This document shows, piece after piece, positions 22,349 to 32,717 of a stretch of 32,717 nt of DNA. Position 1 is the first letter of the stretch; every line of letters begins with the position of its first letter. The notes beneath the pieces were generated by a model. That model did no database searches, had not been told where the DNA came from, and worked only from the letters and a program-made list of their open reading frames with translations. The position numbers were made by a program, and so were the translations under genes. Location: contig JYFJ02004351.1 of the NCBI GenBank assembly GCA_000934665.2, positions 1 to 32,717 on the forward strand, in the 5' to 3' direction. The stretch is from Catajapyx aquilonaris (taxonomy: Eukaryota).

Positions 22349-25300
22349 CTGCAAAGCCCGCTCTTTCCTCAATATCATTCGGCCTCTCTCTGTACTGTGC
22401 ACAACACTATACGTTTTACCCACTATTCTTTTTCCTACAGTGCAGCTATCCTTATCTTTAGTGTTCTCGGCCACTAATCGCAGGCAGTTAGCTTATTTTC
22501 CTACAGACTCCAACATTATAGCTTTATATGATTCCGAGTGTTCTCATATTATGACAATTCCCATAAACCATAACAAAATAGATCAACAAAGGTCATATCA
22601 GTAAGTTAGGAAGAGAATTCCAAAACCTACGCGAATATCTTCCTCTCTATACCCGGCTACATACGTATAGCACATTCATCACATATGCATACTGAGACAT
22701 GCGTGCTGGCGTCCTAAACAGACTATTTTGCACTATACACAACCTACTTTTCCCCGTGTCATAAACTCGTAATTCACTCGCTACTGCCCATAACAGTAAA
22801 CATAGCATTGTGCTCCTTTTTGCTCCTGTTCATTAATGAATTTGTACGGTTGCATAATGCAAGCATCGCAAACTCTTTTACTAGCCCATTTCATCGACTC
22901 AATGGGTGTCATAACTCAGAATACCGCTAACCCATGGAGTGACCTTCATAATACCATGAATTCTCGTGTGCAAAGAAAAATAGCCTGACGGTATTATTAG
23001 TATGTGTCATAATCCATTTATCGATTAAATCCAACAGGAGTCCAATAGGAGCAAAATTCATTGATAAAGTTCGATAAAAAGGAAGTGTCTAAGGATTGTT
23101 TTCATGTTGCCTCTGTTTTTAGTCGAGGTTGTTCCTGTAACATGTTATGCGTGAATAAGTGAAATTCAATTATTTCTACCTGACTATTTCTAAAGTAGTG
23201 AAATCCGGATTGTCAAATTGTTCACTTGGGATTTCAAACGTCCGCAAAAGACTCAGTAAACCTTCGATAATTAACATTTCATTTTTCATAGTAACTGGGG
23301 ATGAAGTCTGATAAATTTTCGAAGGTGCATCTGTTCATTAAAAGTTGAATGGAGCTTAATGATAGTTATGATACTAATGTGTGTGCATTTCAGGCTGTGC
23401 TTAGTCTGTTGCAATTTGAAGGAATCTCAAATCATTTTAATTACTGCCACTTTTAATGACCTGGCTATGGAACTCTGAATGTTGGGTATCATCTATACCA
23501 ATGAAAAATTGGACATTAAAAATTTCAAACAGGTATTTCACAACCTGCAGGAACTGAGAGGATCTTAGTTTCGCTATTTCATATAGACTAATATTAATAT
23601 TGTTAGAAACAATTTGCACATACTGATAATACCGTTATTCAATTTGTAGTGTGGACAACACCCAAGATGATGATGGAGACCTATTCGCTGCACTTCGCTT
23701 CTCATTTGCAACCATTGTAAGAACATAACACAAATAAGTATGCAAATTCGGAGTAATCGGGTAATTTTTGCTATTTTTCACCCTGTCATATAATATAACT
23801 TAGAGAACTAATGCGAGCTATTGCATTAGTCAGTACTATAGGGATCGTTTTCCAGATTCCCACAGGCCAGCAGGCCCTCAGAATTTTTGTGCTACATATA
23901 TGGCAATCGTACAGCTGATTCACAAAAGCACAGGAATTTCCAGTTCAATGTTAAATAGTAATAATTATTATACCATTAAGTAATTAAAAGTATTTCTACC
24001 AATGCATGTTCAAGTTTGAAGAAAAGATGGATATAAATGCAAATGAAATTCTGAGATAATACAACCATAAAAAGGCGTACCGTCGGGACGTGCACTATGA
24101 TAAAATAAGATATATGGGCCATTGGGCCTATGACTTCTTTCGTAAGTGACGCACGTAGATCTTACAGATAACAGTCACACTGGTTTACTGAAAGCGGAAA
24201 GAGATTATACACTACCGGGAAATAAATTTCAATTTTGCTACCTCCGTAATTTCAGAGGAGCTCATTGCAAAAAACACTTCCAAAAGTTTAGCAAATTAAG
24301 TATAGCCTGGCGTGGTCTGAAAAAAATTGCTCTTAAGCAGTGTCGTATCATGACTAAGGGCCGATTGTATGAACATTTGTTAAGGTTAAGGTATAAATTC
24401 CGTATAGTTAACCTTAACTCATGTTCATACAACTGGCACTTAATGCGATTAACTCCTAATGCTCGTAAGCAGAAGACGTTATGTGAGCATCACATTCATC
24501 GCAAGACATAGTATATCGTATTATTCTGCCGGCTGATTACTTTCCATTGCGCGCCATACACAACATAATAAAACAAATATTTATTAGCTTTATTAGAAAT
24601 AACAAATCGTTCGCATAAGTGTCCTTATCATGACAATTGTGAGCTATCACTTTACACCTCGTATGACTTTGATGTAGCAGCAAATATGATGTGATACGAT
24701 ATTTTCAGTAACTTTTTAATATTACGCTGGTGTAATCAACGAAGAAGTGGTCGGCTAACTCTACGCTTTCTACACTTTCTGTGCTTTAGTTCCAATCGCA
24801 TTGGTAACAAGTACGGTCTTGTACCCACCTCCCGCTCATGATTTAATACATCTGGCTCTTGCTCTTTCTGAACAAACACCCATTGAAAATCAGGTAGCTA
24901 AAACAACAGTCCACGTCTTAAATAGATTCACATCCTGGTAGTAATTACAATGAAAGACAACAACCAGGGAGAACCGCTGATTCTCCCCACACTGGTAAAC
25001 TAGAACAAGGACTTTACCATAAACATGGCACATTCATCATTCATGCAGAGGAAATTGTGATTGGCCTGAAGCGTGGTGTCCAAAAAGGAGAAAGGAATCC
25101 TTCTCCGAGCCGCCTACCACGAGCAGCCATATAAATTCAATTGGCAATTCCAGCTAGTCATTTTTCTTTTGCTCTCTGAAATGGAATGGCAGAAGCCGAG
25201 AACAAATGAACATTTCTGGTGAAGTGATGATAGACTTTGCGATGCGAAGAGGTAGCCGAGATGCTGCATCTTTCTTTCACTTCCTTTTGATAATAATTAA

Positions 25301-26104
25301 TGAGTCCGTTAAGTCTGTCAGAAGCTTTTTAGGAAACCGTTGAAAGGTACTTGTATACGTGACGAGACTTCTAAGAAATGCTCTTTCTCTTTTCCAGATT
25401 CACTTTCATTTGGTAGTTGAAGAAGAAGAAAGGGTGACGTGGGAGGAGGAGGTTGAGAGGTCTCTCGTAATTCTCTTTTTTTACTGTCATACACATGTTA
25501 TACATGCTGGATATCAGAGTAACAATTAGGACTCGCACAATAAGCAGCACAACGGTAACAATTTATACCAAAGGAAAAAAAGCTAATTTCTTCACAGCGA
25601 ATGGATTTTATGCGACTTTTACGACTAGACGAAAGTGGTTTTATTACTTTGCTTTATAGTAGTAATGTGCGCTACAGTTAGCAGGAAAAATGCGCGTATT
25701 CATTGGTACACGGACGAGGGTTGGCCTAAAGCAAGCCCTACATTTACGGTTAAAAGCTGGAGGTAATTTCTATTGGTTATTATATCGCGCCAATAGTATA
25801 TAGTCTACTTGTATAGTATTTATCCTGGATATGAAGAAATAACTTCACATTTAGTGCTACAGAGTAGCATCAAAGGTATTTTCCACGGAAGCTTCCTTTT
25901 ACCATAATGACAATCCTGTTTTTCTAACCTGCTGGTATTTTTTTACAGTAGGCCTATATTTACGCAAATACAAAGTCAACTCATTTCGAAAGGCATGATA
26001 AACCCATAAAATAATGACCTACACGTGAAAAAGAAACATTAGAAGCAACAGGTATTGAAACAACTTGTCTGCAGCATATACAAACCCCCTCATGTGAAGT
26101 GTAA

Positions 26105-26940
26105 AAATTTTCGAGTGGTTTTCCGCTCTATTGGAGCGGTTTTTCACTCTTTCTCCCACTTGAAATGCAACCCAGTCTTTTTGAGTGAAAACCACTCCTT
26201 CTAAGGAGTGAAAATTTTTAACTCAAATATAGTGGTAATTTCCACTCCTTACCACTGAAATCGCCAGTGTATTTGAGTGAAACCACTACTCTTTCAGAGC
26301 ATTCCATATTCACTCAAAATGAGTTATTCCAATTAGTGACCTCCTCCCCCTCCCCAGGCAACCCCTTCTCCTGACATACTTCAAATATAGTGGCATAACA
26401 ATTTCAACAGCAACATATTTATTGCAAAATTGCATCATTACATACAAAAAAATTATATCAGTATCTGAATAATTGTCACACTTTTGTGTTAGATCCTTAA
26501 GGATCTAACACAAAAGTGTATAAGTGTACCATCAGATCTGCACAAAATTCGGTGATTATCTTCAGGTCCATCACGACGCACTGCATGTAGTGAGCCACTG
26601 CTGACCTTCCTGCTTGGTTCCTGCTATACTGTATTGCGCATGATCACGCGACACCCCCGCCACAATCCACACCACCTCTGCCTGTGTCTGTTTGCCTACC
26701 TTCATCCATCCAATGGACGCAGTGTAACGGACCAGAGGGGAAATCCCTCCAGTCACTCTATCTGAGCGTTTTGATTTAGAGTGAATTTTCACTCAATTTG
26801 AGCATAAAAACCACTCAAATTGAGTGTTCACCTATATTGTGTCGATTCACTCACTGAAAGAGTACTTTTCACTCCTTGCTTCAGTAATCCTTCACTCCAT
26901 TTGAGCTATTTCCACTCTTTTTGGAGAATAACCCACTCAT
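26105..26940. repeat. Element with clustered GAGTG/CACTC subterminal motifs, probably a non-autonomous DNA transposon
   Basis: Dense GAGTGAAAA / CCACTC motifs at about 26105-26325 and 26760-26940. Confidence 0.5.
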
Positions 26941-27055
26941 AAGCACTATTTTTGAAATACACTATTATTGTGTTAAAATATAGTACTTGTGTTTATATGG
27001 CATGGGCTGACCGGAACCTGCCATGCAGTAACTGTATTTAAACCAATCTCCAACA

Positions 27056-27285
27056 ATATAATATAATATATAATATGCATAATATATAATATAATAAATA
27101 ATATATTATATATAATATATAATATGCATAATATATAATATAATAAATAATATATTATATATAATATATAATATGCATAATATATAATATAATAAATAAT
27201 ATATTATATATAATATATAATATGCATAATATATAATATAATAAATAATATATTATATAATATATAATATGCATAAATATAATAA
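27056..27285. repeat. AT-rich minisatellite, 49-bp unit, about 4.7 copies
   Basis: TGCAT anchor recurs at 27076, 27125, 27174, 27223 and 27270. Confidence 0.95.
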
Positions 27286-27656
27286 AAAGGAGCGTATACT
27301 GTACAAGGCGAGTCACATCTTCTGGAAGGGTATTGATAAATGTTTGAGAATTTGTCATTTTTTATGTTAATGGACGGGGGAACCGCAAGTTTTATACATT
27401 ACACACAAGGCAAGCCACAATTAATTTTTGTCTGCTATACGTTTCTTGCTAATTACTAATGTATCGCCTCAATTTATTATTCCAAGCAACTAGCTACCCA
27501 AAATTCCCAAGCCAAAATGCTATCTAACCTAAATACAATACAAAAACTTATGAGAAACAGTTATTAAAGCACAGTGTCTAAGCAAAAAGGTTCACGTAGC
27601 AATAAATGGATAACAGGATGCTGTAAAATTGACTTGCTTCTCTACTATCAAATGGC

Positions 27657-28320
27657 CATAGTATAGAAACCACGGCCGAGGAGTGTTGTATATATAGTAC
27701 AGGTCTGGAAAGTAGTCCCCTTATCACGTGAATCTCCAGAGTCCCACCCGCCAGCTTCTACGCCGGAGTACATGGAGCGACACCCCTCACTGCGACGAAA
27801 ATGATTACTAATTGAGAACGGAGAGGGAAACCAGCCCCCGGACACTTATTATTCTGATGTTATCACCTGCCGGTGCGTTTTGCAGAAGGTGCTCACTTGA
27901 GAGACATTTCACTCTCCGGATAAGTGGCGACCCTACCGGACTAGGCTGAACTTTATAGGTACAAAAGGGCAGGGCTACATTGGGGGACCCAACATGGGCC
28001 CCGGCGGCCATTTTGGGCCCGCTTTAGCGCTTCCCTTTTGTACATATAAAGTTCAGCCTAGTCCGGTAGGGTCGCCACTTATCCGGAGAGTAAAATGTCT
28101 CATGGCGCTCTCAAGTGAGCACCTTCTGCAAAACGCCCCGGCAGGGGGTAGGCGGGAGTGTCCAGACCTTACTTTCTATGACCATGGGGGAAACGGAGGG
28201 GGAAACGAATCGGAACGAACGGACCATGCCTACTAGTAGTACCAGGGTAGTACTAGATTTGAATTGGCGGTTTGGGAGTCTTGGTTCGTCGCCTTCCCCC
28301 ACCAGGTTTTCTGTATATGG
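27657..28320. mobile_element. Foldback/MITE with long internal inverted arms
   Basis: Arms at about 27865-27977 / 28025-28146; degenerate outer termini CCATA...TATGG. Confidence 0.7.
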
Positions 28321-28484
28321 TCCGGCGGAGAGCACTAATAAAAACGGGACAAAAGCGCCCCAAACTCAAGCGATGCGGCACGCTACCTAACTACTGATAA
28401 GCCTCTACTTGGCTCTCGAAAGTCACGGGGGTCGGAGGGGGAAACCTATGTGAAAAAAAACGTAGTTGCACTGGGGTGGTAGAA

Positions 28485-28695
28485 GGGCAATTCCACGAAA
28501 GGCGGCCATATTGTCCGTACGTAACGCAGGTTTTGCAGACATGTACTAGCGTATTTTATTGTAACAATACCCACACATTACATGTAATGGATTAAGCATG
28601 CAGTGCATGCATCCTGGCATTGTTATAATAAAATACTCTTGTGCACGTAGGCAACACTTGCGTTACGTACGGACGGCTGCGCCATGGAATTGCCC
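28485..28695. mobile_element. 211-bp MITE with 4-bp TSD
   Basis: AGAA-GGGCAATTCCA...TGGAATTGCCC-AGAA, imperfect internal arms. Confidence 0.8.
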
Positions 28696-29177
28696 AGAAG
28701 CAATGTCAGGGTGGGAAAATGGCCAGGTCTCATTTTACTTTTAGCAACAGCCTTCTTTTCTCAGGCATCATCAAATTCTCCTGTAATTTACACTGACGGC
28801 TTCCTTGGTGTAATGCCATTTGTGACAGCACATTAGGAACAATTCACCATTGCAACATGCAATGGCCTCCGATGTCATGAAGTCCATAAATTATTATCAG
28901 ACCTAACGCGTTAAAAAGGCACTGGACACCACGCTTCCCTGAGCCTGTAATATATATACCGCTGAAGCGTGTAGTTTGACCAACTATGCAGCCCGAGTGT
29001 GTAACCATCCCGGATTCTGCAGGTTGGCCCGTGGTTTGGCCTTATCTGTAGTGAACATCCTTGTGAAAAGAGCGCAACGTCGCCCTATATGAGCCGTCCA
29101 ATGATTGCAGCATAGATGGGTTAGGAGGTGGGTCGGTTGAGGGGAAAGGTGAGTGGGTAAGCAATGACTTGACTGAC

Positions 29178-29333
29178 CTCTTGTGGTGGCACATCAAAGG
29201 AGACGGTACGCAGGTCGACCTTACGATAGGAGTCGATACAGGGCAGCACGAAGAAGATACCAGGTCCTCTGGCGCCTCCCTTTCGCAGTCTTCCAAGTCG
29301 AAATATCACGGCTCGCTCGTACTCCTGCACAAC
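29178..29333 (-). CDS. Stomatin exon B ([52 protein letters not shown])
   Basis: 156 nt, phase 0/0, GGCAG| acceptor, GAG|GTCAGT donor; classic stomatin motifs. Confidence 0.97.
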
Positions 29334-30210
29334 CTGCCCATACACGTAATAACGATCACAATTCAGGTTTCAACTTGGTCGAGCAATGCTACTCGCGTGT
29401 CTGGAGTTGACATCTATTTTTGCCCATTGTTTGTGTGCATCACTGTAAGAGTGTGCCATGCTTCATTTCGACATTTAAAATAGTCGGTTCTTCAGCAATG
29501 AATAGGTATATATTTACATAACCTGTAGGCTAAATATCCTATTCAGACTATTACTAAATCCAGCTATTCTGCGTTTCACGACGTAAATTTATGTGATAGA
29601 TGTCATTCCAGTGTTCGCAAGGCCACCCCTCTAGCCACATTATGCTGGGAAATTATTTACTAGCTGCCCAGCACACATGATATACGTAGGCTACTGTACT
29701 GTATGAGTGGCACGCCCCGAGTCCACCAGCCAATAGTGGGATAGTACTGTATATATTGTCAGCCTAAGGTTCCCATGGTATATATAGGAGCTTTTCACGG
29801 TGTCAATTTCCTATTATTTTGCATTTTCCCATGCCAGGGTTCGACATCCCAAAATTTGCAAGCATATTTTCTACTATACACATTCCGCGATCAAGTAATG
29901 TACATTACAATAAAAAAATTTCATCAGCTTCACGTAACGGCTTATACGAGATAAGTCGTCACAAACTGCTAAAAATATTTGACACATAATAGCTTTGACT
30001 CCATGTACAGTACAGTACAGGAAGCTACCACAAGGACAGCTCTTCCGAGAACTCGACTATGTCAGCTGACTTTCCTATCTTGGGCAGCAGTCTTCTCGAG
30101 AAGTCCTCAATAAATGATTACAGTCTCACCAACTAAGAATGCGAGTGTCAGGTATGTGAAGCAGTTGTGTCTAATGAATTATTGATGACCCTTCCCATGC
30201 AGCCACTTAC

Positions 30211-30314
30211 CTTGAAGCACATGAACACGGAGACGGGCAGCGTGATTATAAGCAGAAGAATGGAGCCCACTGTTGCAATCACCTCCACCAGGGTGTTCTC
30301 GTGCGGCTCTTCTG
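30211..30314 (-). CDS. Stomatin exon A: hydrophobic membrane hairpin (EEPHENTLVEVIATVGSILLLIITLPVSVFMCFK)
   Basis: Acceptor TTGTTTTCAG (tandem CAGCAG), donor AAG|GTAAGT. Hydrophobic stretch with the stomatin proline and the C-x-K preceding VVQEYER. Confidence 0.92.
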
Positions 30315-32717
30315 CTGAAAACAACGCACAGTTAGGAAAGAATTACTACCCTATTACAAAGTCCACAAGTAAGTTACATTAAAATGGACAGGAAGATGCA
30401 ATGCGTATTTTTGGCTTAAATGAAGCTGCACCAGGTGAAAACAAGTACAGAAAACATATACGGTATTTTTAGTTGCTTTGTTTGGATACGGTCAATGGTT
30501 AACCGGTTAACGATGATAAGAGATTATAAACTAAGTCTGAGTAAATGAGTGAATTATAACTACCGCTATTGATTGTGAGAAAGTGATAACTTACATCGAA
30601 GGCACCTGCTGTGGAGAGGATGGACAGTTATAGGGTAAGCTACGGCCGGCCATTTTTGGGTTGTCCTAATATGTTTCACATAATTGACATCTTACAATTG
30701 CTCCTAGATAATAGTCCTTGCTTTTTGCCAAAGTGTGTCCTCAAGTGACTTAGAACCTTATGTCCTAAGTGACGCAATACAAAAACTAAGCAAAAAAAGA
30801 ATCAGATATTTAACATTAAAACTGACCCCAAAATATTCTTAATTTGCAGTAATGCTCCTGAACTTCATATAATGCAACTGGTAGCTGGCAGTTATTATTA
30901 AGCACGCTAGAAATGCCAACATGCATATTAACATATATGATTGATATCACGCAATAACCGTACGGTATCTAATTTAGCAGATCCACTATATAGGTAAATG
31001 AATATATAGCTAATTAATAATGTTAGACCTCGTTACATAGCTAACTGATTTTATTGCTCTTGTCTCAATTGTTTACATTGCACAGCATAGAATCTCGGCT
31101 CAAATCTCCGAACGTTGAGTGGCAATCTCTATATATATACAGTACATGCGTGTTGATAACGCAGAGCAAATCGGATGAGCTACAGGAGGTGTGCCGATCA
31201 GCGATATTCCAAGAAAATTCAGTAAAAGCATTCAGGTTCTTTTTAAGCTTATAGGGAAAAAAGGCAGACGAGAACTTGGAAAAAATATTACCTCGTTAGA
31301 CAGGAGAAAAAAATCATGTAATGTTCAATAATATTTTATGCCAGAATATACTGGACCATCCCTTGGAAACTAAATTAGAAAATGCAGACCATGCCCTACG
31401 AACATGCTGAAAATGGTACCCACTCGTGCATGTTACTCAAAAAGTTACCAGCCTATTCAGAAATGTAAGCCAAATATCATTATACACTATATACGTTTCC
31501 ATGGACCTCGCTTACTCCCAAGTCCTACCTCCCAATAATGTTTGTTCTTCCATGGCCCACGAAAACGCACGTAGGTTTAAGTTGGGCAAGACCTTTTTAA
31601 CTGCGCATACGCAAAAGGTGAAAACTGTTCCCCTGTCCAATTGGCCACATGGGACTGGGTATATGGGTTTCATAAACAACAAATCAATAAGTGTTGTACC
31701 CCCGTTTCGAAAATAATTTGGCTTGATGTAAATGTTTCGTTTCTTATATTACAAAAATAATAATGAAACGCACGACTGACATTTTCGAATAAGGGAAAAG
31801 AGTGAAAGACTAAAAATCCCTGCACAGCATCATTTGGAGAAGCAAGTCAATTTAACGAAATCCAATCCCCGAATATAATGAACAGTATGTTAATTCTTAT
31901 CCCATGTTAGACCCAAGTCAGTAACGTGCGTTATGTGCTAACACACGGTTGACATGCACGTTTTTGTATGTATAAGACCTAAAAGAGTCACATAACATTT
32001 ATTTTTAAATCCCTATTCTAATATAACTTATTATTCATAGCAAAGGGAATAGGACATCATAACTGTTTGCAACTTGGAAACTTTCACCGATACTAATATT
32101 CTAGAGTCAAGACACCTAATTATATAATGTATACGTACGAGCGTATTTTGTCATTAATATTAATGCTGGGAGGCATATTGCTCTCTTCAATTTCACAAAT
32201 TCGAATCATTTGCTGAAAATTTTTCTAAACTGTAACATTACAGATATCACGCGAGTTCGTGAAATCCGTGAACTTGTCCCCATAACTTGTTATAAATAAT
32301 CAATGTGAAAAACGTTTCGTCCTTAGCTATACTGTAATGTACTGTAAATTGCGTTGCAGTAGTTGGGCCAGATAGTAGCTCTGATCTGAAAACGGTTTCA
32401 TTTACGTACCAAAAGTTAATCTAGTTTTTCTGTTTATGGTGGATTTCCATATCTGATGGGCAGAAAATCCAAAAGGACATAAATATTACACCTGTGCATA
32501 TACTGTAGGCTATACGGTACGGTACATCCGTAGCAATTCTTATGCGGCTACTTGACCTTTTTCGGCATTAAAATTTTCGTTACCACCACACTTTCATAAC
32601 ATGTAGCTCTGAACTACCTCTTTAAGGTGGAAATGAAGCTAGAGTCACTCAATGAGAATTTTATGAAAAAAACATATGTTACGCAGTTTTGTGTCCTCTT
32701 ATCAATGGTGCAAAGAA

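Larger units (their letters stand above)
14527..30314 (-). other. Stomatin / band-7 / MEC-2-like gene span (5'-incomplete); 5 constitutive exons plus one slot filled by one of three alternative exons; about 264 aa recoverable
   Basis: Exons 104+156+98+162+166+108 = 794 nt join in frame through GT..AG introns. The translation follows the stomatin family from the membrane hairpin to ...LRYLQTL...EKNSTIIFP. The exact orthologue cannot be assigned without a phylogeny. Confidence 0.96.

Noticed and set aside
23000..23720. Possible decayed coding sequence on the minus strand
   Set aside because: Multiple stops and no identifiable motif.
27056..27285. CRISPR-like array / ORF 27155-27358
   Set aside because: Head-to-tail AT minisatellite without unique spacers, in eukaryotic context.
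22349..29177. A fourth copy of exon C, which would restore frame if all four were included
   Set aside because: None found by eye; a diverged copy cannot be excluded without tBLASTn.

Overview
Eukaryotic (invertebrate-like) genomic DNA, AT-rich and full of repeats; most ORFs in the supplied track are spurious. The main feature is an intron-split stomatin/band-7 (MEC-2-like, SPFH domain) gene on the minus strand, reconstructed from 30314 down to the stop at 14527. Its start codon was not found. One internal 98-nt SPFH exon occurs as THREE homologous, phase-identical copies (22251-22348, 18007-18104, 17293-17390). Only inclusion of exactly one copy keeps the reading frame, so this looks like a mutually exclusive exon cluster. 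Candidate RNA pairing elements flank the middle copy, and several inverted-repeat transposons fill the intron between copies 1 and 2. Also present: a convergent plus-strand terminal exon encoding an unidentified coiled-coil protein, two tRNA-derived SINEs with target-site duplications (TSDs), many non-autonomous DNA transposons (MITEs), a 49-bp minisatellite and a 42-bp perfect palindrome. All reconstruction was by eye; no database searches were run.
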